A model generated the notes under the pieces. That model worked only from the letters and a program-made list of their open reading frames with translations. It was not told the DNA's origin and searched no databases. Of a DNA stretch of 63,556 nt, positions 19,775 to 29,601 are shown in pieces. Position 1 is the stretch's first letter; each line of letters starts with the position of its first letter. The stretch lies in NCBI GenBank assembly GCA_038248895.1, contig JBBRWZ010000003.1, positions 1 to 63,556 on the forward strand. The letters are read 5' to 3'. Source of the DNA: Candidatus Limnocylindria bacterium (GTDB lineage: Bacteria; Chloroflexota; Limnocylindria; QHBO01). The position numbers and the translations under genes were made by a program.

Positions 19775-19826
19775 ACGCGCAACCGGTCAAGCCCTGATCC
19801 GCGGTGGTCGGGCTTGACCGGCGCGT
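19775..19826. other. Strong hairpin with perfect 12-bp core
   Basis: CCGGTCAAGCCC (19783-19794) / GGGCTTGACCGG (19810-19821), plus outer ACGCG/CGCGT. Confidence 0.6.
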
Positions 19827-19874
19827 CCTGGCACCGGCATGCTGCCAACCGCCCGCCGAATCACAGGAGTCCCC

Positions 19875-20228
19875 ATGCCCGGGTCGAGACACCGCGTTCC
19901 GAACGTGGCAGCGGCACGGTACCAGTCACGCGGGTCGAGTCTGCAAGGACAGAATGAGCCGACCCTCTATGCCATCGCGGACTACGAAGACCTCTACGTC
20001 CTTGGTGCCCATCAGCGCCGACAACTGCAGGTCCTCAATGAATTCGATCCGTGCTGCTCAGGGGGCGATCATCGGTCGATCTACGAGCCGCAGGTGCAGG
20101 ATGCCGTGAGAGACGCCGGCGGTGGATCGTTCGCAGTGTTCATGGATAGGGACAACCACCAACACAGCATCGGCCGGGCGGCGCTGGATTTGATCCTCTC
20201 GGACATCGAAACGCAACCCGCGAAGTGA
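19875..20228 (+). pseudogene. Short ORF, probably the C-terminal remnant of an uncharacterised hydrolase-like gene
   Basis: AGGAG 5 nt before ATG; protein-like LYAIADYEDLYVLGA...QLQVLNEFDPCC...HQHSIG; the first ~25 residues look random. Confidence 0.45.
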
Positions 20229-20353
20229 AGGACCATCGCCCCAGCGGTAGGTTCTTGACGAACGCGCGCAACCGCCACCATCCTACGGCCCGCAGGTGCG
20301 CGGCATTGCGCATTCGCGCTGCCACCCAACAAGTTCCACATGAGAGAGCCCCG

Positions 20354-21634
20354 ATGACCGACACTGTGCCGCCGGCAACCACGGAGGTTGCAAGCGCCGC
20401 CCGGCTTCTCACCTGCCGCTTCTGTGAAGCGCCGCTCAGGCGCACATTTGTCGACCTCGGCATGTCCCCGTTGTGCGAGCGCATTCTTCGCGCCGACCAG
20501 CTTGACGAGATGGAGCCGTTCTATCCGCTCCATGTACGGATCTGCGATGCCTGCCGCCTCGTCCAGCTGCCGGCGTATGTGCCGCCGGAGGAGATCTTTA
20601 CGGAGTACGCGTACTTCTCGTCGTACTCGGACTCCTGGGTCGAGCATGGACGCCGCTTTGCCGAGGCGATCATCGCCGACCGCTCGCTCGATGCGGACGC
20701 CCTTGTCGTGGAGCTGGCCAGTAACGACGGCTACCTACTCCAGCACTTCGCAGCGCGCGACGTTGGCATCCTGGGCATCGAGCCAGCGGCGAACGTCGCG
20801 GCCGCCGCCGTCCAGCGGGGGATCCCGACGCTAGTCGAGTTCTTCGGTGAGACGTTGGCACGCCGCCTGGTCGCGGAGGGGCGGTCGGCAGATCTCGTCG
20901 TGGCGAATAACGTGTTCGCCCATGTCCCCGACATCAACGACTTCGCTGAGGGCATACGCCTGCTGCTGGCCCCGAACGGCGTCGCAACAATTGAGGTTCA
21001 GCACCTGCCGCGGCTCATCGAGAACAATGAGTTCGACACGATCTACCACGAACACTTCACGTACTACACGCTGCTGTCCGCAGAACGCGTTTTCAGCGGG
21101 CACGGTCTCACCGTCTATGACGTCGAGGAGCTGCCCACTCACGGCGGGTCGTTGCGCTTCTACCTTCGCCATGCAGCGGCCACCACGCCAACGGTGGCAG
21201 AGCGCGTCGATCGCCTTAGAGCGTGGGAAGTCACGCACGGGTATGACGACCCCGAGCGCTATGCCGGATTTGCGGAGCGCGTCGAGGCAACGAAACGCAA
21301 CCTGCTTAGCTTCCTGATCGACGCGCGTTCGCGCGGTGCCAGCGTGGCTGGGTACGGGGCGCCCGGGAAGGGCAATACGCTGCTCAACTACTGCGGGATC
21401 CGCTCCGATCTCGTCGCCTACACCGTCGACCGCAACCCATACAAACATGGTCGATTCCTGCCTGGTACCCATATCCCGGTGTATCGGCCTGAACACATCG
21501 CCGAGACGCGACCCGACTATGTGCTGATCCTCCCGTGGAACCTCCGCACAGAGATCGTCAGTCAGCTCGCGTACATCCGTGACTGGGGCGGCCGCTTCGT
21601 CCTGCCGATCCCTACTCTCGAGGTAATCGAGTGA
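20354..21634 (+). CDS. NDP-hexose C-methyltransferase (canonical)
   Basis: CRFC, DLGMSPL, YAYFSSYS, ELASNDGYLL, FDTIYHEHF, GYGAPGKGNTLLNY. Confidence 0.9.
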   Translation: MTDTVPPATTEVASAARLLTCRFCEAPLRRTFVDLGMSPLCERILRADQLDEMEPFYPLHVRICDACRLVQLPAYVPPEEIFTEYAYFSSYSDSWVEHGRRFAEAIIADRSLDADALVVELASNDGYLLQHFAARDVGILGIEPAANVAAAAVQRGIPTLVEFFGETLARRLVAEGRSADLVVANNVFAHVPDINDFAEGIRLLLAPNGVATIEVQHLPRLIENNEFDTIYHEHFTYYTLLSAERVFSGHGLTVYDVEELPTHGGSLRFYLRHAAATTPTVAERVDRLRAWEVTHGYDDPERYAGFAERVEATKRNLLSFLIDARSRGASVAGYGAPGKGNTLLNYCGIRSDLVAYTVDRNPYKHGRFLPGTHIPVYRPEHIAETRPDYVLILPWNLRTEIVSQLAYIRDWGGRFVLPIPTLEVIE

Positions 21635-22416
21635 AGGTGGTGATCTTCTCCGGCGGCCTGGGTCTCCGCCTGCGCGAGCACTCCGAGCGCATCCCGAAGG
21701 CGATGATCCGGATCGGCTATAGGCCGATCTTATGGCACGTGATGCGGTACTACGCTCACTATGGCCATCGCGAATTCATCCTATGTCTCGGCTACAAGGC
21801 GGACGTCATCAAACGCTATTTTCTCGACTACAACGAGGCGTTGTCCAATGACTTCGTCCTCAACGGGGGCGACGGCGATATCGAACTGCTCTCACGTGAC
21901 ATCCAGGATTGGGAGATCAGATTCGTCGACACTGGACTGAACGCAACCCTCGCTGAAAGGCTATGCGCCGTTCGCCCGCACCTCGGCGACGATGAGCGGT
22001 TCTTGGCCACCTATGCTGACGTCCTCACTGATGCGCCACTCGATCAGCTCGTCCGCGACTTCGAACGACGTTCGGTCGTCGCCTCATTCCTGTCGGTCCG
22101 GCCCACCAGCTACTCGTTTCACATCGTACGCATGAAGGACGATTCCCTCGTCGCCGGCCTCGACGACGTGCGAGCCGCCGACCTGTGGATCAACGGTGGC
22201 TATTTCGTCCTGAGAAGCGACATTTTCGACTACATCCGCCCGGGCGAGGAGCTCGTGGTCGAGCCGTTTGCGAGGCTGGCGGCCGAGGATCTCCTCGTGG
22301 CCCATCGATACTCGGGGTTTTGGGCACCGCTCGACACGATCAAGGACATGCGGACCCTCGAGGAACAGTACGAAACCGGCTCGGCGCCATGGGCAGCATG
22401 GCTTCCGAGGGAATGA
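21631..22416 (+). CDS. rfbF: Glucose-1-phosphate cytidylyltransferase
   Basis: GGLGLRL, PKAM, WINGGYF, FWAPLDTIKD. Confidence 0.88.
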   Translation: MKVVIFSGGLGLRLREHSERIPKAMIRIGYRPILWHVMRYYAHYGHREFILCLGYKADVIKRYFLDYNEALSNDFVLNGGDGDIELLSRDIQDWEIRFVDTGLNATLAERLCAVRPHLGDDERFLATYADVLTDAPLDQLVRDFERRSVVASFLSVRPTSYSFHIVRMKDDSLVAGLDDVRAADLWINGGYFVLRSDIFDYIRPGEELVVEPFARLAAEDLLVAHRYSGFWAPLDTIKDMRTLEEQYETGSAPWAAWLPRE

Positions 22417-23069
22417 CCACCTCCGGGCGTATCCGTCTCCCCGGGAATGGCGGCAGTCCATACCGGGTGCTCGCGCTGGGCGCCCATCCCGATGACATCG
22501 AAATCGGGTGCGCCGCCACGCTCATGAGGCTTCTCGACGATGCTAGCGTGGCCGCCCTGCGATGGGTCGTGCTGACCGGCACGGCGAATCGCGCCGACGA
22601 GGCCCGCGCCAGTGCCGCCGCGCTCGCCGGAGAGACCACGCTCGAGCTATCAGTCGAGGCGTTCTCCGACGGGTTCCTACCGTGGCGGGGGGACGAGGTG
22701 AAGAGATATCTTGAGGGCCTGAAGGCCTTTGCTCCGGACGTCGTGTTCACGCACCGCCTCGAGGACGCCCATCAGGATCATCGGCTCGTGTCCGAGCTCA
22801 CATGGCAGACGTTCCGCAGCGAGATGATCATTGAATATGAGATCCCGAAGTATGACGGCGACCTCGGCCATCCGAACCTCTACGTCTCGGTCGCCGCGGA
22901 CCTCGCGCAACGAAAAGTGGAGCACCTGTGTCGTCACTTTCCGTCCCAACTCGCGAGGCAATGGTTCAGCGCCGACACGTTCCACTCGCTGCTGCGATTG
23001 CGCGGCGTCGAGGCCAATTCGCCGACCGGACTCGCGGAAGCGTTCACGTGCCGCAAAGTGCTGCTGTAG
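22413..23069 (+). CDS. PIG-L/LmbE family deacetylase
   Basis: ATGA overlap; GAHPDDIEIG, HQDH, YEIPKYDGD. Confidence 0.88.
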   Translation: MTTSGRIRLPGNGGSPYRVLALGAHPDDIEIGCAATLMRLLDDASVAALRWVVLTGTANRADEARASAAALAGETTLELSVEAFSDGFLPWRGDEVKRYLEGLKAFAPDVVFTHRLEDAHQDHRLVSELTWQTFRSEMIIEYEIPKYDGDLGHPNLYVSVAADLAQRKVEHLCRHFPSQLARQWFSADTFHSLLRLRGVEANSPTGLAEAFTCRKVLL

Positions 23070-23175
23070 GACGTGGCGCCAATGACGACTACGTGGGCGG
23101 ACGAGGGGACTTGTTGGGTGGAGCGTCTACACTCGCACACCATTCGTCTCGGTCCCGCAGAGGTCGGCATGTCTC

Positions 23176-24192
23176 ATGGGCAGTGACGCAGTGATCGGGG
23201 TAAGGGCTGGAACGTCATTCTGGCTCGACCGGCCGACCTTGGTGACAGGCGCGACCGGGCTGGTTGGCGGCTGGCTGGTGCCGCGGCTGCTCGACGCGGG
23301 CGCCGAACTCGTGTGTCTGGTGCGGGACTGGGTTCCCCAATCAGAGCTGGTTCGGGCAGGTTATCTTGACCACGTGAAGGTCGTGCGCGGCGACGTTCGC
23401 GACCAGGCGACAATTGAGCGTGTCCTCGGCGAGTACGAGGTTGATACCGTCTTTCACCTCGCCGCGCAGACGATTGTCGGGATCGCTAACCGGAATCCAG
23501 TCTCTACCTTCGAGACGAACATAGCGGGGACGTGGGCGCTCCTCGAGGCTTGCCGCCGTAGCCCGACAGTGAAACAGATCGTCGTGGCGTCTTCTGACAA
23601 GGCGTACGGAGCTCACGAGGTACTGCCGTACCGCGAAGAGGCGCCACTGGCGGGCAGTCACCCGTATGACGTGAGTAAGTCATGCACTGACCTGATCGCG
23701 CAGTCGTATGGCGCGACGTATGCCATGCGGGTGGGGATCACGCGCTGCGGAAACTTTTACGGGGGCGGTGACCTCAATTGGAGCCAACTCATTCCCGGCA
23801 CGATTCGGTCGGTGCTTCGGGGCGTGCGTCCCGTGATTCGCTCTGACGGCGAATTCGTGCGCGACTACTTCTACGTGGAGGATGGCGCCGCCGCGAACAT
23901 GGTTCTTGCAGAACACCTCGCAACGGATCCCAGCCTCGGCGGTCAGGCGTTCAACTTTTCGAACGAGATCCAGGTGACCGTGCGCGAGCTGGTGGATAGG
24001 ATCTTGGGGCAGATGGAGTCCGACCTCGAACCCGAGGTCCGAAATGAGGCGACTCACGAGATCCGTCACCAATACTTGAGCGCGGCCAAGGCCAGAGAGA
24101 TCCTCGGCTGGAAGCCTCTCGTGACGCTCGATGAAGGATTGCGCCGAACGATCGCGTGGTATCGAGACTTTTTCGGCTCTGAACGTGCGTGA
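23176..24192 (+). CDS. CDP-glucose 4,6-dehydratase-like SDR
   Basis: [36 protein letters not shown]. Confidence 0.85.
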   Translation: MGSDAVIGVRAGTSFWLDRPTLVTGATGLVGGWLVPRLLDAGAELVCLVRDWVPQSELVRAGYLDHVKVVRGDVRDQATIERVLGEYEVDTVFHLAAQTIVGIANRNPVSTFETNIAGTWALLEACRRSPTVKQIVVASSDKAYGAHEVLPYREEAPLAGSHPYDVSKSCTDLIAQSYGATYAMRVGITRCGNFYGGGDLNWSQLIPGTIRSVLRGVRPVIRSDGEFVRDYFYVEDGAAANMVLAEHLATDPSLGGQAFNFSNEIQVTVRELVDRILGQMESDLEPEVRNEATHEIRHQYLSAAKAREILGWKPLVTLDEGLRRTIAWYRDFFGSERA

Positions 24193-24222
24193 GCCGACAA
24201 TTACCGCGGGCACGTCACCTCA

Positions 24223-24753
24223 GTGAAGTTCACCGAGACCAAGCTCGTCGGCGCCTATGTCATCCAGCCCGAGCTCATCCAGGACGAGCGCGGCTTCTTC
24301 GCGCGTAGCTGGTCGCAGCAACAGGTCGCTGAGCTCGGGTTGAGCTCGCACATCGTCGAGAGCAGCATCTCGTTTAACCGGACGAAAGGGACGCTGCGAG
24401 GGATGCACTATCAGGCCGTGCCGCACGCGGAGGTCAAGATGGTCCGATGTACGGCGGGAGCAATCTACGACTGTATCGTCGACCTGCGATCGTCTTCACC
24501 CACGTTCAAGCAGTGGGTCGGCCTGGAGCTGACGGCCGAGAATCGCCTCACGCTGTACGTCCCTGAGGGCTTCGCCCACGGCTTCCTGACGCTCGAGGAT
24601 GCATCCGAGGTCTTCTACCAGATGTCGGAGTTCCACGCCCCCGGGAGTGCTCGCGGGGTACGGTGGGATGACCCTGCATTCAAGATCGCCTGGCCCGCGC
24701 CGGTGCGCGCGATGAACGAGCGCGACCGAACCTTTGAGGACTACGAGGGCTGA
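24223..24753 (+). CDS. rfbC: NDP-4-keto-6-deoxyhexose 3,5-epimerase
   Basis: DERGFFAR, GTLRGMHYQ, YVPEGFAHGF, RWDDP. Confidence 0.9.
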   Translation: MKFTETKLVGAYVIQPELIQDERGFFARSWSQQQVAELGLSSHIVESSISFNRTKGTLRGMHYQAVPHAEVKMVRCTAGAIYDCIVDLRSSSPTFKQWVGLELTAENRLTLYVPEGFAHGFLTLEDASEVFYQMSEFHAPGSARGVRWDDPAFKIAWPAPVRAMNERDRTFEDYEG

Positions 24754-24793
24754 GCCGATTTGGTGCAGAGATGTGAGGGACGGTTCTGCATGG

Positions 24794-25606
24794 TCAGACG
24801 GTATCCTGCGGGAGCAGCCCATCCGCCTGGCGCCAGACCGCCCACGGGGAAGATCCCGACTCCTCAAGCGCCACAAGGTCCTGGACGTCGCGCAGCGTGG
24901 TCATCGCGATCCAGAAGCCATGGTGGCGATATGTCATCAGCTTTCCTGCGGCCAGTAGTCGTTGGAACGGCTCATCGATGAGGTCGTTGTCGCCGCGCTC
25001 GATATAGTCGAAGATCTGCCGCCGAAAGATGAACGAGCCGTTGTCTACCCAGATCTCCGCGACAGCTGCGCTCTGCAGCTCGGTGACCCTTCCGTCGTCG
25101 GCTTGCTGCACGACGTGTAGCGGACCACGTTGGCGGACCGACATGAATGAGGCGATCTTGTCGTCAGCCTGCGTGAACTCCTTGACATATCTGTCGATCG
25201 GCGCATCCGTCACGATGTCCCCGTAATTGGCGCAGAAGATCTCCTCGTCTCCCACGTATTGGCGAACCACTCGGAGCCGGTCAGCAATGCTCGCGTTCAG
25301 TCCGGTATCTGCGAACGTTATCCGCCAATCATGAATATCGGTCTGGAGCAGGCGTACATCCCGCGTCCCCCGAGAGAGCACGAAGTCGTTTGACAGCGCT
25401 TCGTTGTATTCGAGGAAGTAGTTCTTGATGAGGTCGGCCCCGTAGCCGAGGCAGAGAACGAAATCCTTCATCCCCCAATGCGCGTACCCCCGCATGACGT
25501 GCCACAAGATGGGCCGATATCCAATCATCATCATCGGCTTTGGGATTGGCGCAGCGGTCTCGCTCAGGCGAAGCGGGACCCCACCGCAGAAGATCACGAC
25601 CTTCAT
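24794..25606 (-). CDS. Second glucose-1-phosphate cytidylyltransferase-like protein, motif-degenerate
   Basis: Shares GYRPILWHVM and YNEALSNDFVL with 21631; GGVPLR replaces GGxGxR and MTTLRD replaces xDTxxD. Confidence 0.82.
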   Translation of the reverse strand: MKVVIFCGGVPLRLSETAAPIPKPMMMIGYRPILWHVMRGYAHWGMKDFVLCLGYGADLIKNYFLEYNEALSNDFVLSRGTRDVRLLQTDIHDWRITFADTGLNASIADRLRVVRQYVGDEEIFCANYGDIVTDAPIDRYVKEFTQADDKIASFMSVRQRGPLHVVQQADDGRVTELQSAAVAEIWVDNGSFIFRRQIFDYIERGDNDLIDEPFQRLLAAGKLMTYRHHGFWIAMTTLRDVQDLVALEESGSSPWAVWRQADGLLPQDTV

Positions 25607-26145
25607 CGAACCATCACCTGGTCCGCAGTTGGGCGATGATTGACCACAACGGGTCTGATCGCCACCGGCCGTCGAACACGTTCAGCGTCCATCTGTGGCG
25701 AGGCATGTTGGTCACGTGATCGTTGCCCTCGGTCGCGGCGAGGCAGACAGGGTATCGCACAACCCGCCAAGCTCATCGGTATCACGGACGTTCACGCCGG
25801 AGCCGTCGGTAGAGGAGATCGAAGACGTTGGGTGGGCACGCCGCGGGCCCAGCCCTGTCCCCAGCGCGTAGAGGCGGGTGGCCGGGACGCCGATTGCACT
25901 CGACGGAATGCGCCGAGCCTGCGGTCGAGCCGCTTGCACGCCGCATCACAACGGGCTGCCACGAGAACGAGGAGATCGTCGGCAAGGCCAAGAAGGCTGC
26001 CCGACGACGATCGGGTCGGGCGGATCCCAGTGGTCAGATCCAGCCGGAGGATACGCTCGGATGAACCCTGCGGCTGCAGGGCCAACAGCTGCGACTACGC
26101 CGAAATCGTCTCGGCGCTGGGCCACGACCACGCCATGTCCGCCGC

Positions 26146-26538
26146 TCAGGCGGGTGGCTGCCGGGCAGGCGATATCATTGCGCCGCAGCGTCGGCAGTGG
26201 GCAGCAGAGTCTGAGATGCGGTATTCGCACTCTGGGCAGACTCGGGGCTTCGGCCGCTTCTCCTCACTGTCAGCCCGCCAGAGTCGGACTAACCTGCGAC
26301 TCTTCCGCATCCGATCAGTGGGGCTGTCAGGTCGGGTCGCCGTCCGACGGAAGCCCGCGCGAGCAGCGATCTGGCGCCAACGCGTTTTGACGCGAGCGTC
26401 GGGCGGACGACCAGAGAACGCCACGCCGGCCTTGAGCCGACGCCCATACGCGGCGAGGCTCCGAGCCAAGTGTCGAACAAAGAGGGAGCCGACCAGCACA
26501 ACGACTGGTGCGACGAGGCCGACCAGCACCCCGGCCAC
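26146..26538 (-). CDS. Hypothetical membrane-anchored protein with C-terminal zinc ribbon
   Basis: N-terminal hydrophobic helix, Arg-rich middle, CPEC-x10-CRRC; TAGAAT at 26553-26558 upstream. Start uncertain. Confidence 0.55.
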   Translation of the reverse strand: MAGVLVGLVAPVVVLVGSLFVRHLARSLAAYGRRLKAGVAFSGRPPDARVKTRWRQIAARAGFRRTATRPDSPTDRMRKSRRLVRLWRADSEEKRPKPRVCPECEYRISDSAAHCRRCGAMISPARQPPA

Positions 26539-26680
26539 GAGATCGATAGCGCATTCTACCGTGCGCCGCGTGCGGTGCGGTGGGGCCGACGGAAAGCCGT
26601 AGGGGATTCCCAAGCCGAGACAATCCCTCGACGTCGGTTGTCCGGTGTCACCCATAATGCGCCAGATCCCGCTGGACCGA

Positions 26681-28081
26681 TCAAGCGCGGATGGTCGTCT
26701 CCTGGCCCTTCGGCGTGTCGCGCACCTCGACGCCGAGCGCGTCGAGCTCGTCGCGCAGCACGTCCGAGGCCGCAAAGTCACGCGCCGCACGCGCTGCCGC
26801 CCGCCGCTCGAGCAGCTCGGCGGCGGACTCGGGCAGCTCGGCAGGGAGAGTTGGCAGGTTCGTTAGGTCCACCCCGAGGACGCGGTCGAAGTCGGCGAGC
26901 AGCGCGCGCTTCTGGGCGGCATCAAGGTCGCCGGCCGAGGCTACGTCGTGGGCCACCGCCACGGCGCGCGGCGTCGCCAGGTCGTCGGCGATGGCATCGG
27001 TGAAGCGGGAGCGGTAGGCGGCGACCGGCTGTGCGGCGAGGTCGACCGCGGCGGCATCGGTCTCGGAAGCGACGGTCGCGGCTCGGCGCAGCCTGGCGAG
27101 GCCCGACGTGGCGGCCTGCATCGCGTCCTCGGTGAAGTCGAGCTTGCTGCGGTAGTGCGCCTGGAGCGCGAGGTAGCGGAAGGCGAGCGGCTCGAACCCC
27201 TTCGCCGGCAGCTCGGTGACGCGAATGATGTTGCCGCTCGACTTCGCCATCTTCGCGTCCTTGAGCGTGAGGAACTCGCCGTGCATCCAGACGTTCACCA
27301 CCTGGTGCCCGAGCGCGCCCTCCGACTGCGCGATCTCGTCCTCGTGGTGCGGAAACTTGTTATCGATGCCACCGGTGTGGATGTCGACGTGCTCGCCGAG
27401 GTGCTCGAGGCTCATCGCCGAGCACTCGATGTGCCAGCCGGGAAAGCCATCGCCCCATGGTGACGGCCACCTCATGAGCCGATGCGGCCCTGCGGCCTTC
27501 CACAGCGCGAAGTCCGCCTGGTCCTGCTTGTCCGCCTCGGCCTCGACGCGGTGCCCGGTGCGGAGCGCGTCGAGGCGCTGCCCCGACAGCTTCCCGTAGG
27601 AAGGAAAGACGCTGACGTCGAAGTAGACGTTGCCATCGCTCACGTATGCCAGTCCGGCATCGAGCAGCGTCTGCGTCATGCCGATCATCTGACCGATGTG
27701 GTCGGTCGCCTTCGGATAGACGTGCACTGGCAGGATGTTGATCGCGGCCTCGTCGGCCAGCCACGCCTCGGTGTAGAAGTCGGCGATCTCGAACGGCGAC
27801 TTGCCCTCCGTCTCGGCCGCGAGCTCCATGCGATCCTCGTTCGTGTCGTCGCGCATGTGCCCCACGTCGGTGACGTTCTTGACGTGGCGGACCTCGTAGC
27901 CGAGGTACTCGAGGGTCCGGCGCAGGACGTCGGGAAAGAGGAAGCTGCGCACGTTGCCGATGTGCGCGTAGCGGTACACGGTCGGGCCGCAGGTGTAGAT
28001 GCCAACCCGCCCCGCGTCATGAGGCGTGAACGGCTCGACGCGGCGGGTCAGCGAGTTGTAGAGCTGGATCGGGGCGGGCAT
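26681..28081 (-). CDS. cysS: Cysteine--tRNA ligase
   Basis: CGPTVY, HIGN, GWHIECSAM, DIHTGG, FPHHEDE, KMAKS. Confidence 0.97.
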   Translation of the reverse strand: MPAPIQLYNSLTRRVEPFTPHDAGRVGIYTCGPTVYRYAHIGNVRSFLFPDVLRRTLEYLGYEVRHVKNVTDVGHMRDDTNEDRMELAAETEGKSPFEIADFYTEAWLADEAAINILPVHVYPKATDHIGQMIGMTQTLLDAGLAYVSDGNVYFDVSVFPSYGKLSGQRLDALRTGHRVEAEADKQDQADFALWKAAGPHRLMRWPSPWGDGFPGWHIECSAMSLEHLGEHVDIHTGGIDNKFPHHEDEIAQSEGALGHQVVNVWMHGEFLTLKDAKMAKSSGNIIRVTELPAKGFEPLAFRYLALQAHYRSKLDFTEDAMQAATSGLARLRRAATVASETDAAAVDLAAQPVAAYRSRFTDAIADDLATPRAVAVAHDVASAGDLDAAQKRALLADFDRVLGVDLTNLPTLPAELPESAAELLERRAAARAARDFAASDVLRDELDALGVEVRDTPKGQETTIRA

Positions 28082-28089
28082 GGGCGCCG

Positions 28090-28095
28090 ATTGTA
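28090..28095 (-). promoter_or_regulatory. Putative -10 box TACAAT (leaderless cysS)
   Basis: 8 nt before ATG 28081; no SD. Confidence 0.55.
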
Positions 28096-28126
28096 CCGAT
28101 CCGGCGCACCCCGAGCGCCGCGGTGG

Positions 28127-28549
28127 TCAGTGGATGGCGGTGGGTTCCAGCGACCGCAGCCGGCTGGCGAGCGTCTCGAGGATCGTGATCCGCACGTCGG
28201 TGAACTCCTCCATCAGGCTGCGGAAATCGCGCCGGTTGAGGACCAGCAGCCGCGATGGCTCGCTCAGCGTCACCGTCGCCGTTCGCGCGCCGCCGTCGAT
28301 GAGGGCGATCTCCCCCAGCACCGTGCCCGGGCCGCAGGTGGGCAATGCGGCACCGTCGCGCTCCACGTCCGCAGCGCCGCTGACGATGACGAACAGCTCG
28401 CCGCCGTGCTCGCCCTGCCGCATCAGGACCCGGCCCGCCGGGAGGTCAACTTCGTCCACGAGCTGCCCGACGCGCTCCAGCTGCGCCGGCTTCAGGCCGA
28501 CGAACAGCGGCACCGTCGCCAGCAGCTCGAGCTTCTCGTCGCGCGCCAT
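28127..28549 (-). CDS. Stand-alone cyclic nucleotide-binding domain protein
   Basis: GAGGTG SD; VPLFVGL, GEIALIDGGARTATV; no HTH. Confidence 0.88.
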   Translation of the reverse strand: MARDEKLELLATVPLFVGLKPAQLERVGQLVDEVDLPAGRVLMRQGEHGGELFVIVSGAADVERDGAALPTCGPGTVLGEIALIDGGARTATVTLSEPSRLLVLNRRDFRSLMEEFTDVRITILETLASRLRSLEPTAIH

Positions 28550-28614
28550 ACGGTCCACCTCTTCGGCAACTGTGAGTCGACAGCATATCCGCCTGCTACG
28601 CACGACGGTAGTGA

Positions 28615-29601
28615 TTATTCGGTCACGAAGACCGCGTCGTCGGTCGGGCCGTCGACGAACTCGAAGCGAATTGTGCGCCGCAGCCCCTCTTCCAGCTCGA
28701 CCGGCGCAACGAACCCGGTGCTCGCGACCGAGGAAGCGAATTGGGTGGTCGCGGCGAACTTCCGGACCCGGATGGCCGAAATGGGGAACGTCCGATGCGT
28801 CACATTGGCAACCACGTCGAGCGCCGTACCCGCCGCGTAGCCGAGCCAGTACGGGAGGCGTGGGCCGACGCCGCTCCCACGCCCCAGCGCCACGCGCGCC
28901 AGGCGGACCAGGCGCTCGACCTCGAGATCGGGCTTGTCGATGTAGTTGTAGAGGTGTGTTCCCGGCGGCATTGACAGCGCGAACTCCAGGAACGCCGCAA
29001 CATTCTCCACGTAGGCCATCGACTTGACATTGCGTCCGTGGCCGATCATGACGAAGCGGCCCGACGCGATCTGGTGGAGCAGGTTGTAAACGTTGCCGCG
29101 GTTTCGCTCCCCGAATACGACTGTTGGCCGCACGATCACGAGACATCGGCGCTCAGCAGCCCGGGCATGCCACGCTCGCAGCACTTCCTCGGCGCGTGCC
29201 TTCGTACGTCCGTACGCGTTGAATGGGTTGAGCGTGCCGCCCTCATCCGTGTCCGCGGGGGCAAACCCGTAGGTTGCCACCGAGCTGGCGAAGACAATGC
29301 GCTCGATGCCGTTCGCCTCGGCTGCCTCGCACACGCGGGTGGTGCCCCCGACGTTCACCTCCTCGTAGAGGCTGAGCGGCCGTACGTCGTCGCGGTGGAC
29401 CGCCGCGAGGTGGACGATCGCGTCGCAGCCCGCGAGCGAGCGCGTCAGCGCCTCCCCATCGCGGACGTCCGCTGTGCGGACCTGATCCGGATACGACGCC
29501 GATCCGCGGACGTCAGCGATGCGAAAGTCGCGCCCCGCGTCAGCAAGGCGGGCGGCGAGGCGCGAGCCTATGAACCCGGAGCCGCCGGTGATCCCAATCA
29601 A
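28615..29601 (-). CDS. NAD-dependent epimerase/dehydratase (NDP-HexNAc 4-epimerase-like)
   Basis: GGSGFIG, SSVATY, YGRTK, RPTVVFGE. Confidence 0.88.
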   Translation of the reverse strand: MIGITGGSGFIGSRLAARLADAGRDFRIADVRGSASYPDQVRTADVRDGEALTRSLAGCDAIVHLAAVHRDDVRPLSLYEEVNVGGTTRVCEAAEANGIERIVFASSVATYGFAPADTDEGGTLNPFNAYGRTKARAEEVLRAWHARAAERRCLVIVRPTVVFGERNRGNVYNLLHQIASGRFVMIGHGRNVKSMAYVENVAAFLEFALSMPPGTHLYNYIDKPDLEVERLVRLARVALGRGSGVGPRLPYWLGYAAGTALDVVANVTHRTFPISAIRVRKFAATTQFASSVASTGFVAPVELEEGLRRTIRFEFVDGPTDDAVFVTE

